A stretch of DNA of 64,000 nucleotides, from contig OY762069.1 of the NCBI GenBank assembly GCA_963665095.1, positions 6,112,001-6,176,000 of the forward strand, read 5' to 3'. Shown one piece after another: positions 10,630 to 19,565 of this stretch. Origin of the DNA: an uncultured Desulfobacter sp. GTDB taxonomy: Bacteria; Desulfobacterota; Desulfobacteria; Desulfobacterales; Desulfobacteraceae. The first letter of the stretch is position 1; each line of letters starts with the position of its first letter. The notes under the pieces were generated by a model. The model made no database searches. It saw only the letters and a program-made list of their open reading frames with translations, and was not told the DNA's origin. The position numbers were made by a program, and so were the translations under genes.

Positions 10630-10755
10630 GTGTTTGAACGTAAAGTTGTCCATATGCAAGGCACAGAAAAAATTTCAACCGGAGCAACCTTTTCGGTTGT
10701 GAGGATTGCAATTTTTTTTGTAACGCCGCAGATGGGCGGCGTTACGTTCAAACAC
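10630..10755 (-). repeat. 126-bp imperfect palindrome (ERIC/REPIN-like miniature element), copy 1
   Basis: Perfect 14-bp terminal IR GTGTTTGAACGTAA/TTACGTTCAAACAC plus internal stems and central hairpin CAACC-GAAAA-GGTTG (minus strand). Overlaps the queC stop by 1 nt. Confidence 0.8.
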
Positions 10756-11444
10756 TAAATATAGATTGTGGGGTCGGGTATGCCTGCTTCCGCAAACCCT
10801 TTTTTCCGGTGCAGGCAGGAGTCGCAACTGCCGCAGGCCCGGGCCTGATCATCCGGGTCATAGCAGGAACTGGTCAGGCTGTAGTCCACGCCTAACGCAT
10901 CCCCTGCCTTGATAATTTCTGATTTTGACATCCGGATCAAAGGGGTTTCAATCTGCAGCACAGTTTCCCCTGTCACCCCGGTTTTAGTGGCCAGATTAGC
11001 CATGGTCTGAAATGCATCAATAAACTCCGGGCGGCAGTCAGGATACCCTGAATAATCCACGGCAGTTACCCCGATAAAAATGGTGTCTGCCTTAAGCACC
11101 TCGGCCCAGGCCATGGCATAGGACAAAAAGATGGTGTTCCTGGCCGGTACATAGGTGATGGGGATGTCATTTTGGTCAATCTGCTCCACTTTTTCATGCT
11201 TGGGCACGGCAATGTCGTCGGTGAGTGCGGACCCGCCGAACTGGCGCAGATCGATATCAACTATTTTATGGGCTTTGGCGCCTAAGTGTTTGGCCACTTT
11301 CACTGCGCATTCCAGTTCCACGCTGTGGCGCTGCCCGTATCTGAAACTTAAACTGTAAATCTCAAAGCCTTTTTCCCTGGCCATGGCCATGGCTGTGGTG
11401 GAATCAATGCCACCGGAAGAAAGGACCACTGCCTTTTTTGTCAT
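10755..11444 (-). CDS. queC: 7-cyano-7-deazaguanine synthase
   Basis: SGGIDS PP-loop, YGQRH, TYVPARN, GYPDCR, CY...CGSCDSC. Confidence 0.97.
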   Translation of the reverse strand: MTKKAVVLSSGGIDSTTAMAMAREKGFEIYSLSFRYGQRHSVELECAVKVAKHLGAKAHKIVDIDLRQFGGSALTDDIAVPKHEKVEQIDQNDIPITYVPARNTIFLSYAMAWAEVLKADTIFIGVTAVDYSGYPDCRPEFIDAFQTMANLATKTGVTGETVLQIETPLIRMSKSEIIKAGDALGVDYSLTSSCYDPDDQARACGSCDSCLHRKKGFAEAGIPDPTIYI

Positions 11445-11447
11445 GGA

Positions 11448-12092
11448 TTACACTCCTCTGATATCCGGGTCCCAGATAATTTTATGCTGCTGCAGGGACA
11501 TGCGTGCGTTAAGTTTGTCTTGAAGAATCCATCGGGCCAGATCCGGCAGCGAAATGGCACCGGAAACAGGCGAGATGTGGATGCGTTCCTTGGGATGGCC
11601 GGAAAGGTGTTTTTGAATCGTGGACACGGCAAATTCATAATCCTGCCTTGAGCCCACCACAAACTTGATTTCATCATTGCCGGTCATATGGGTAAAGTTG
11701 TCAACGAGAAAAGAGCCTGCTTCAGTGGATGAGGGGCATTTGACATCCATGATCCGGACACAGGCCGGATCCACAGGCGCAATGCTTTGGCTGCCGTTTG
11801 TCTCCAGCAGGACCTGGAATCCTTTATGGAGCAAATGCGAAATCAGTTCCGGTGTCTGCGCCTGAATCAGGGGCTCTCCGCCGGTGATCTCCACAAGCGG
11901 GCATCCAAAGGCTTCCACTGTTTGAATAATCTGGTCGATCTCCATGGAAACGAATTCATTGGCCGCATACGTGGTATCACACCAGGCACAGGAAAGATTG
12001 CACCCGGACAGCCGGACAAACACGCAGGGAAGACCTGTCCGGGTGGATTCCCCCTGCAGGCTGTAAAAGATCTCGCAGATTTTCAGGGACAC
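11448..12092 (-). CDS. queE: 7-carboxy-7-deazaguanine synthase (radical SAM)
   Basis: EIFYSLQGE, R..GCNL.C.WCDT, TGGEPL, ETNG, Q.HK.IW. Lies between queD and queC. Confidence 0.95.
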   Translation of the reverse strand: MSLKICEIFYSLQGESTRTGLPCVFVRLSGCNLSCAWCDTTYAANEFVSMEIDQIIQTVEAFGCPLVEITGGEPLIQAQTPELISHLLHKGFQVLLETNGSQSIAPVDPACVRIMDVKCPSSTEAGSFLVDNFTHMTGNDEIKFVVGSRQDYEFAVSTIQKHLSGHPKERIHISPVSGAISLPDLARWILQDKLNARMSLQQHKIIWDPDIRGV

Positions 12093-12473
12093 TTATATCT
12101 CCTGATAGGATGATCCGCATCCAGGGCTCTCAAATACCACGATTTTTTTGACCTTGATAGCTTCCGTGTTCAGGCGCCGGGACAGTTCCGTGTAAAGGAA
12201 TTTGGATAGATTCTCCGATGTCGGATTAATGGCGCCGAACTCGGCAATTTCATTGAGGTTTGTGTGGTCCAGCCTGCTTAACACATCCTTGACCACACTT
12301 TTCACATCCCTGAAATCTATGCCCATGCCAAGCTGGTTGAGCCGGGTGCACCGGATGTGTGCCTCCACAATCCAGTTATGGCCATGAAGCTTTGAGCAGT
12401 TTCCGTCATAGCCCCTTAAGGCATGGGCTGCTGCAAAATGGTCCTGGACACAAATGTCATATACGCCTGGCAT
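12093..12473 (-). CDS. queD: 6-carboxytetrahydropterin synthase
   Basis: F.AAH, C..LHGHNW, DF..VK, LDH..LN, NPTSEN, V.E. Confidence 0.96.
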   Translation of the reverse strand: MPGVYDICVQDHFAAAHALRGYDGNCSKLHGHNWIVEAHIRCTRLNQLGMGIDFRDVKSVVKDVLSRLDHTNLNEIAEFGAINPTSENLSKFLYTELSRRLNTEAIKVKKIVVFESPGCGSSYQEI

Positions 12474-12667
12474 GAAACGCTCCTGTTATTAATTGGGTAA
12501 AGGCCTTGAAGACCTTAAAAGTGTACCATAAACTGAGGTCTGATTCAAAAAAGTCAAGGAGATAAAATGAGGGCTGTTTTTAAAATTTCAACAAGGCATG
12601 AAAATTTTGTTAAAAGAAGAGTGAATACTAAACTGCAGTGCCGGAATAATGACTTTAATCCGGTACC

Positions 12668-13621
12668 ATGGAGGATATATACAATATGGAAAGTATTATA
12701 AATACCTATCTTGAGCAGCAGGAGTGTCTGATCATTGACGGGGCACTTGGCACGGAGCTGGAACGAAGAGGGTGCCGCCTTGATGATCCGCTCTGGTCGG
12801 CCCGGCTGCTCCAAGAAGATCCCGGCATGATTGCCGCCATTCACACGGATTACCTGAAGGCCGGTGCCGACTGCCTGATTACGGCGAGCTACCAGGCAAC
12901 CTTCCAGGGGCTGGCACGCCGGGGCCAGACCACTGATCAGGCCCGGGCTCTTATCCGGTCTGCGGTTACACTGGCAAAAAAGTGCGTAGACGACTTCTGG
13001 TCTGACCCGGCCAACCGTTCAGAACGGCTTAAGCCCCTGGTGGCTGCCTCTGTTGGGCCTTACGGCGCCTTTCTGGCAGACGGGTCTGAATATACAGGCA
13101 ATTATGGTCTGGACGAACAAGATCTGATGGATTTTCATAAAAAGCGCCTGGAAACCCTGGCCTCAGCTGCACCTGACCTGCTGGCCTTTGAAACCCTGCC
13201 CTGTTTTGTTGAGGCAAAGGCCCTTGTGCGGCTGCTGGAGGAGTTAGATGCGGTGCCGGCCTGGGTCAGTTTCAGCGCAAAGGACGGGCAGCACATAAAC
13301 AGTGGCGAGTCCGTCCGGGCGTGTGCCCGATGGCTTGATCAAAAATCCTGCGTGGCAGCCATGGGAATTAACTGCACAGATCCTGTACATGTGGACAGCC
13401 TGATTCAGGAGATCCGGTCTGTTACAGATAAGCCGGTGATTGTATATCCAAACAAGGGAGGGATTTACAACGGGCTGACCAAAGTATGGGCACCCAACCC
13501 CGATCTGCCGTCCTTTCATGAGATGGCCTGTCAGTGGGCCAAAAGCGGTGCGCGACTCATTGGCGGCTGCTGCCAGACAACGCCGGAGGATATTTATCAG
13601 CTTGCTCTGGCTGTGAAGTAG
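12668..13621 (+). CDS. mmuM: Homocysteine S-methyltransferase
   Basis: DGALGTELE, LWSA, SVGPYGAFLADGSEY.G.Y, FET, GINC, YPN.G, IGGCC Zn ligands. Confidence 0.92.
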   Translation: MEDIYNMESIINTYLEQQECLIIDGALGTELERRGCRLDDPLWSARLLQEDPGMIAAIHTDYLKAGADCLITASYQATFQGLARRGQTTDQARALIRSAVTLAKKCVDDFWSDPANRSERLKPLVAASVGPYGAFLADGSEYTGNYGLDEQDLMDFHKKRLETLASAAPDLLAFETLPCFVEAKALVRLLEELDAVPAWVSFSAKDGQHINSGESVRACARWLDQKSCVAAMGINCTDPVHVDSLIQEIRSVTDKPVIVYPNKGGIYNGLTKVWAPNPDLPSFHEMACQWAKSGARLIGGCCQTTPEDIYQLALAVK

Positions 13622-13765
13622 CTGCAGTATCTGTGGAATGGCGAAATGGAATTTCCTGTACAGGATGTTTTAAGGCCAGACACCCTTTGGGATTTCCCAC
13701 CATGAGCAGGTGTAGAGGTCCATTCTGGACTTATTACTTTTTTATGTCGCGCTCCGGAAAAAGTG

Positions 13766-13827
13766 TTGACAAATGACATGCCATTGATTAGAGATCCAAT
13801 CAATATTAACATTATCAGAAGATAATG
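13766..13827 (+). promoter_or_regulatory. Candidate sigma70 promoter with overlapping palindromic operators
   Basis: TTGACA at 13766-13771 with only a weak -10. IR ATTGATT-N8-AATCAAT (13783-13804) and IR CATTATC-N4-GATAATG (13810-13827). Confidence 0.45.
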
Positions 13828-13911
13828 AAGTTAGAATTTTTTTTGCTGCTGAAACAAGTAAAAGTTACTGCCTGATATATTACTTCAGATAACTTTTTAA
13901 AATAGGAAAAC

Positions 13912-13973
13912 AAAAAGGCCAGGAAGGTCATGCCGGTATAAACTATCGGATGGTGCTCTCTTGGCTTTTTTTT
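13912..13973. terminator. Terminator-like hairpin within the operon leader (possibly bidirectional)
   Basis: AAAAAGGCCAGGA...CCGGTA-TAAAC-TATCGG...TCTTGGC followed by a T8 run. A-run on the left side. Confidence 0.6.
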
Positions 13974-14320
13974 GTTGGGCAATTTGAAATTGAATCAATG
14001 GCCGGTACTGCAATTACCGGCAGATTCAAAGAAGGAATGTAAAAAAAATGACCTGATTAAGGTTAATGCGAATAAGACATAATGTTACAAAAAAGGGGAA
14101 GCAGTCTTCCACCGGCCAAGGTTTTCAGACTGATTCCCCGAGAATGAAGCCCCTTGATTAGGGGAGCCTTCGGATTTATTTATACAATCCAAAGCTTCCC
14201 TTTGTCAAATAAACTGTTAATTCCTGCGGACTTCCATACCGGGTCTCATACCAGACCTGCCGGTAACATTAATTTTTTGCCTAAAATTTAAAACCTAAGC
14301 TGTTTGAAAGGAGTCAGACA

Positions 14321-15091
14321 ATGTCTAAAGCTGTTGTAAAATCGTTAGTTGTACTTCTGTTTGTTCTTTTACCGTCATCTGTTTTCGCACATACTTTATG
14401 GCTCAATGTCACGGATTTTTATCCTGAAGTTTTTTCCCACCCCAAATATGCGCCCATTCCCAGGGCCAAGACCGTGGTCTATTTCGGCTGGGGTCATAAA
14501 CTTCCTGTTAATGATTTTTTCAGCGATTCCTACCTGAACGAGCTTCACATGATCGAACCGGACGGGAGTAAGGTTGAATTAAAGCCGGGGCAGGGCGGTT
14601 TCATGGCAACGGAGATAACCATGAAGAAACCTGGCGGGCGTATCGTTACAGCCTCGGTCAAACCCGGATTTCATGGGGATGTTGAAGGGAAAAACGATTT
14701 TTTTCAGATGCGCTACGAGATGTATGCAAAAACCCTGATTTGTGTGGGAGATGTTCAGGATAGTTTTTTTGAAAAGCCTGTGGGGCAAAGGTTTGAGATT
14801 GTGCCGAAACAAAACCCCAAAGATTTGAAACCTGATGACTGGTTTGAATTTGACGTGCTAATGGATGGAAAACCGGCAAAAGGGGCTGAAATTTCCGCCT
14901 CTCCCTACGCAAGACCGGAAATTTCGATGCTTGATAACATGACTTATAAAGAGACCGCAAAAATAAAAGTCATCGACTACCACGGGCCATGGAGAATAAC
15001 TGCCAAGCTTAAACTGCCGGCTACCAATGAATTCAAAGATAAATGCGAAACGCTTTATTTTGTTTCCACCCTGACATTTGAAGTCCCCTGA
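14321..15091 (+). CDS. DUF4198 domain periplasmic protein (often linked to Ni/Co uptake)
   Basis: Signal peptide ending AH.LWL, GWGH motif, YAKT, G..FEIVP..NP..L, GKP, C-terminal TLTF. AAGGAG RBS. Confidence 0.82.
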   Translation: MSKAVVKSLVVLLFVLLPSSVFAHTLWLNVTDFYPEVFSHPKYAPIPRAKTVVYFGWGHKLPVNDFFSDSYLNELHMIEPDGSKVELKPGQGGFMATEITMKKPGGRIVTASVKPGFHGDVEGKNDFFQMRYEMYAKTLICVGDVQDSFFEKPVGQRFEIVPKQNPKDLKPDDWFEFDVLMDGKPAKGAEISASPYARPEISMLDNMTYKETAKIKVIDYHGPWRITAKLKLPATNEFKDKCETLYFVSTLTFEVP

Positions 15092-15189
15092 AAAGAACCT
15101 GTAAACCGGCTTTGGGTGCTTAATTGCGCTGGAGTTACTTTAACTGACTAATTTTGCATGAAAAGCAAAGATTTGAAAAAGGAGAGGAT

Positions 15190-17250
15190 ATGTTCGGAAA
15201 AGCGTTGATGCTCAATAGAACGTGTTTGAAATATGGGCGTCGGGTAAAACATGGTTGGTATGGTTGCCTGATGATTTTGATGGCATGTTTTCTGGCTGCA
15301 GGGACTGTCAGCAGTGTTGAGGCCGATGAAACAGCTGAAGAGCTTGAAGAAATTGTAGTGACCGCCGTAAAAGACGAAGTCAAAGAAAAGATTGCCATTA
15401 CCGCACTCTCTGAAGTGATCGAACTCGACGATCTTGAAACCACAGAAACCGTACAGCGTCTTCAGGATCTGTTTAACTATATGCCCGGCGTGGACATGAT
15501 TCGAACCTCCACAGTAACAGAGGCAGCAGATCCTTTGAAACTCAGGGGGTTCGGCAGTACGCGTGTGGCCGTTCTTATGGATGGAAGACCGCTGAATAAA
15601 GCCGGGTCCATGGGGTCAAGCAACATGGACTGGGCTTCTCTCTCCCTTGAGGCCATTGAGAAGGTGGTGGTGGTCAGGGGCGGATGTACCGCCCTTTACG
15701 GCGGGGCCATCGGCGGTGTCATCAACATCATTACCCGGAAACATGTCAAAGATCCTGAAAAAGACTTTGAAGGCAAAGTCAGCGCTGAAGTCGGCAGTTA
15801 CAATTCAAAGCTGGCTAAAGGTTACATCATGAAGGAACTGGGTGCGTTCAACTTATTGCTGGGTGCAAACTACTCTGATACGGATGGTTATCTGAGAAAT
15901 AATTACTTTGAGTCCTCCAATTTCACCGGCCGCCTGTCATATGATCTGCCCACCAATGGAAATGTGACCCTGGGTTTAAAATACGGTGTCATCGAAAAGG
16001 GTATTCCCGTCCGTAATGATCCGGATTTTGCATTATCCCAGTATGATCCGGATTATCCTGTTGTGGATAAGGATACCACCTACTATATGACCGGCGGTGA
16101 CAACTACTGGGACAAAGATATCTATTATCTTGACCTCTCCTTTGAGCAGCCCACGAAAATTGGCAATTTTGTTTTGCAGTTGTTTCAGACTAAAGATGAA
16201 TTTCATCGCAAAGATTACATGTATATAGAATCCAGAACGCCTTATTATTTTCAGTCTGATTATCATTACAACAAAAACGAAACCGATGGATTTCGTTTTA
16301 CCCATGACCTTGCCTTTGGCAAGCACAGTCTGATCTGGGGATGCGAATATCAGAGGATGTATAACGGGTATGATGTTGATTCCTATAGAGGCAATTCCTA
16401 TAAAGAGTGGGGTGAAACGGTTGATATCAGCTCTCTCTTCATTGAGGACAAGTATCAGCTGACCGAAAAACTGGAAGCCATGCTGGGATTACGGTACGAT
16501 TATGTCACATATGAGATCGAGAACCAGGATGACCAGGACTGTCTGGCACCCAAGTTCAGCCTGAATTATAGCTTCACCGACAGCACCTCTGCTTATCTGG
16601 CCCTTTCAAAGGTCTTCAGGCCCCCTTATGCCAACTGGGAGCGGGGCTACCGGGATTCCGACCGTCCTGAATTGGGGCTTGCCGATCCTGACGAAGGATT
16701 TCAGTACGAAACCGGCGTAGAGTACAAGAAAGGCAAACTTCGCACATTACTGTCCACCTATTATTACGACATGGACAGCTATATTGTTAAAGCCACGGGG
16801 TATGGCGGCTCCGGGTTAAAGGAAAATATCGAGGTTGGTATCTTCGGTATCGAATACCAGATTATATTAAGACCTTTGTCCTGGCTGGAAACCTATGCCA
16901 ACTATACCTATCAGCATGTCCATGTGTTTGACATGAAGGAGCTTCCCGCCGATGAAGGCATTGACCTGGACGAATTGCCCGACCACAAGGTCAACGTTGG
17001 ATTCAAGGTGAAAACCTGGAAAGACCTCCTTTTTAATCTCAACGTCCGGTATGTGTCCAAGCGGACCACCGTGGATGACGAGCCCATGGAGGAATTTGTC
17101 ACTGCCAGTGCAAGTCTTGAAAGAAAATTTTTCGACAGCCTGAATGTCAAAGCATACGTTTCCAATATCGCCGATACCACCTATCAGGAGACCTTTGGCT
17201 ATGAAATGCCGGGACGTTCTTACGGGTTTAATATGGAGTACACATTTTAA
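15190..17250 (+). CDS. TonB-dependent outer-membrane receptor
   Basis: Signal peptide, TonB-box-like EEIVVTA, plug PGV...LRGF...VLMDGRP...IEKVVVVRG...LYG..AIGGVINIIT, C-terminal PGRSY....YTF. GGAGAGG RBS before ATG 15190. Confidence 0.95.
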   Translation: MFGKALMLNRTCLKYGRRVKHGWYGCLMILMACFLAAGTVSSVEADETAEELEEIVVTAVKDEVKEKIAITALSEVIELDDLETTETVQRLQDLFNYMPGVDMIRTSTVTEAADPLKLRGFGSTRVAVLMDGRPLNKAGSMGSSNMDWASLSLEAIEKVVVVRGGCTALYGGAIGGVINIITRKHVKDPEKDFEGKVSAEVGSYNSKLAKGYIMKELGAFNLLLGANYSDTDGYLRNNYFESSNFTGRLSYDLPTNGNVTLGLKYGVIEKGIPVRNDPDFALSQYDPDYPVVDKDTTYYMTGGDNYWDKDIYYLDLSFEQPTKIGNFVLQLFQTKDEFHRKDYMYIESRTPYYFQSDYHYNKNETDGFRFTHDLAFGKHSLIWGCEYQRMYNGYDVDSYRGNSYKEWGETVDISSLFIEDKYQLTEKLEAMLGLRYDYVTYEIENQDDQDCLAPKFSLNYSFTDSTSAYLALSKVFRPPYANWERGYRDSDRPELGLADPDEGFQYETGVEYKKGKLRTLLSTYYYDMDSYIVKATGYGGSGLKENIEVGIFGIEYQIILRPLSWLETYANYTYQHVHVFDMKELPADEGIDLDELPDHKVNVGFKVKTWKDLLFNLNVRYVSKRTTVDDEPMEEFVTASASLERKFFDSLNVKAYVSNIADTTYQETFGYEMPGRSYGFNMEYTF

Positions 17251-17260
17251 TTAACGATCA

Positions 17261-17304
17261 CGGGCCGTTTGGGAGTGATAATCCCAAGCGGCCTGTAACC
17301 TTTT
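17261..17304 (+). terminator. Intra-operon hairpin (terminator or mRNA stabiliser) after the receptor gene
   Basis: CGGGCCGTTTGGGA-loop-TCCCAAGCGGCCTG followed by a short T run. Confidence 0.55.
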
Positions 17305-17381
17305 ATATACGCATGAAGCCTGTTGCCGGCCATTGTATATAAATTCAGGCTGCCGCAACCAGCTTATACGAGGAGAAATAA

Positions 17382-18404
17382 ATGATTCCCGTTCCAAAAC
17401 TTCCTGATATCGGCATCGATGCATTTCATCACTCCCTGAATGGCGGGGAAATTTTGTTCCTGCTCAAAGCTGCCGTGGATCACAAGGTATTTGAATTTTG
17501 CGACAACCCTGTAACTGCAGAACAATTCTGTGCAGCACGGGGTACCAACACCCTATTGACTGAGAAGTTTTTCAATGCTCTGACCGCAGCCGGATTCCTC
17601 ACAAAACAAAATTCAGAGTTTCAAAACACGCCGCTGGCCGCCACCTGTTTTATGGAAGGAAAACCCTTTTATCAGGGCAACCTGATCAGTCTGCTGGTGA
17701 AAACCCGGACGGAACGCTGGAGCAACCTTGGCCGCTGTCTGGAAGAGGGGCCGCTTCAGCCCCAAAATGACAGAAACCGGGTATTTGACGGCAGCTTCAT
17801 CCGGGCCATGGCCGAAGGCGCCATGCGTGGCGGGCTGCACCGCACTGTTGAACATGTAACCGCGCTGCCTGAGTTCAAGACGGCAAAAAAGCTTGTGGAT
17901 ATCGGCGGCGGGCACGGCCTGTATGCCATTGCCTTTGCCCAGGCCAGCCCAGGGCTTGAAAGCGTGGTGTTTGATCTGCCACCGGTTACAAAGGTTACAA
18001 ACGAATATATTCAATCCTATGAGATGCAGGATAGGGTAACAGCTGTGGCCGGAGATTATACCGAAGATGACTGGGGACAAAACGTCGATATTGTCTTTGC
18101 CTCCGACTGCCTGTACCGCCCCACGGAAACAGTGAGGCCGGTTCTGAACAAAATACGGGAGTCTCTGAGTCCCGGGGGAATGTTTATTTCCAAACATTTC
18201 ATGATGGATGAGGGCAGAACCTCTCCCGATACCACGGTATATTTTGATTTGATGGTATCCTTGATCGGCAATTTTTCCGGCTACATCCATACCCCAAAAG
18301 AGTGGTGCCAGGTGCTGGAATCAGCTGGATTTGCGGTGGATTCCCTGGATATCTCCTCTCCGGCAAAACCGTCCATGATTTTTGTGGCAAGGAAAAAGGG
18401 GTAA
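17382..18404 (+). CDS. SAM-dependent O-methyltransferase (dimerisation domain + Methyltransf_2)
   Basis: N-terminal wHTH dimerisation region, DIGGGHG motif I, FDLP, AGD, L.PGG. Confidence 0.9.
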   Translation: MIPVPKLPDIGIDAFHHSLNGGEILFLLKAAVDHKVFEFCDNPVTAEQFCAARGTNTLLTEKFFNALTAAGFLTKQNSEFQNTPLAATCFMEGKPFYQGNLISLLVKTRTERWSNLGRCLEEGPLQPQNDRNRVFDGSFIRAMAEGAMRGGLHRTVEHVTALPEFKTAKKLVDIGGGHGLYAIAFAQASPGLESVVFDLPPVTKVTNEYIQSYEMQDRVTAVAGDYTEDDWGQNVDIVFASDCLYRPTETVRPVLNKIRESLSPGGMFISKHFMMDEGRTSPDTTVYFDLMVSLIGNFSGYIHTPKEWCQVLESAGFAVDSLDISSPAKPSMIFVARKKG

Positions 18405-18426
18405 TGGTTTGCCCGTTGGAGACTCC

Positions 18427-19563
18427 ATGATGAGATTACACCCAAAACGATTTTCTTTATCTTCGTACCTGGGCTGCTGGGTCCTCGTAACACTGGTGCT
18501 TTGCCTGGCAACGGCCGGGTGCGAAAGCAAACCGCCTTTGGAGGAACCAGGACAGGGCATAGTTCGCATCACGGATTGTGTCGGGCGCAGTGTGGATATT
18601 CCCAACCCGGTGAAAACTGTTGTGGATCTGGCCATCCTTGATGGGACACGCACCATGGTTGAGCTGGGAGCCGCCTCCATGCTGATCGGGGTCAATCACC
18701 GCGTCAAGGAGTATATGTATGGAGAACAGGGAAAAAAGCGAAATTACTGGTTTGCCGCACCCAAGGCAGCGCCTCAATTAGGTGACCTGCCCTGTGTGGG
18801 TATATACAGGGAACCCAATTCAGAACTGATCACCGCACTTAAACCCGATATTATTCTGGTTTATGCCCCGGCCAGGGATATTGCCAGTGCTCTGGAGACA
18901 CAAACCGGAATCCCCGTAGTCTGCATCAGCGCATCCGGATGCCTTGACTTTTCCATGCACCGGATCATGGGGCAAATTCTGGGCAAAGAGCAAAGGGCAC
19001 AGGAGTTAATTGATTTTGCACAGAAAAAGATTTCATGGGTCAGGGAAAGAGTTGCAAAAATACCGGAAGAGAAGCGGGTAAAGGTGTTCTACTGGGGCTG
19101 GCCGCGCAAAGACGCCCCGAAAACATTTGCCCCGTATGACCCCATCGATTTTGCCGGCGGAATCAATGTGGCCATGGCCGCCGATATCAAACCCTATGAA
19201 TCCTATGATGTCACCAAAGAGCAGATCGCTGTCTGGGACGCGGATGTTATTCTGATCCACGGCGGACACCTTCACCCAGCCATCTCCATTGATGATATTT
19301 TAAATGACCCGGCGCTTAAAACCGTGCGTGCGGTTAAAACCGGGCAGGTCTATTTCACCAAAGGGTTTATGATCGGCTGGGATCCGGCTTTAGGCGTCTG
19401 CGAGGTCTATTATATGGCCAAGCTTTTTTACCCAGACCTTTTCAGACAGCTTGATGTTGAAAGGGAGTGCAATGCCATTTTAGAAAAATTTTATGGTGTT
19501 CCGGGTCTTTATTCGGAGTTGCTGTCCAAAAGTCTTTTGCATACCTGGAAAAAGGACGTGTGA
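18427..19563 (+). CDS. ABC substrate-binding lipoprotein, Fe-siderophore/cobalamin (FecB/BtuF) class
   Basis: Lipobox LATAGC, ITD..GR.V.IP, E.I..LKPD, AV..G.VY. GGAG before ATG 18427. Confidence 0.9.
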   Translation: MMRLHPKRFSLSSYLGCWVLVTLVLCLATAGCESKPPLEEPGQGIVRITDCVGRSVDIPNPVKTVVDLAILDGTRTMVELGAASMLIGVNHRVKEYMYGEQGKKRNYWFAAPKAAPQLGDLPCVGIYREPNSELITALKPDIILVYAPARDIASALETQTGIPVVCISASGCLDFSMHRIMGQILGKEQRAQELIDFAQKKISWVRERVAKIPEEKRVKVFYWGWPRKDAPKTFAPYDPIDFAGGINVAMAADIKPYESYDVTKEQIAVWDADVILIHGGHLHPAISIDDILNDPALKTVRAVKTGQVYFTKGFMIGWDPALGVCEVYYMAKLFYPDLFRQLDVERECNAILEKFYGVPGLYSELLSKSLLHTWKKDV

Positions 19564-19565
19564 AG

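Noticed and set aside
10755..12473. 7-deazaguanine DNA-modification (dpd) island or preQ1 riboswitch
   Set aside because: No dpdA/tgt-like gene nearby and no preQ1 aptamer recognisable upstream of queD. Ordinary queuosine precursor synthesis is the simpler reading.
13622..14320. Cobalamin, NiCo or Moco riboswitch in the operon leader
   Set aside because: I could not find their conserved cores (for example the B12 box GCCACTG...GGGAAG) by eye. An Rfam scan is needed, so the region is reported only as an unknown structured leader.
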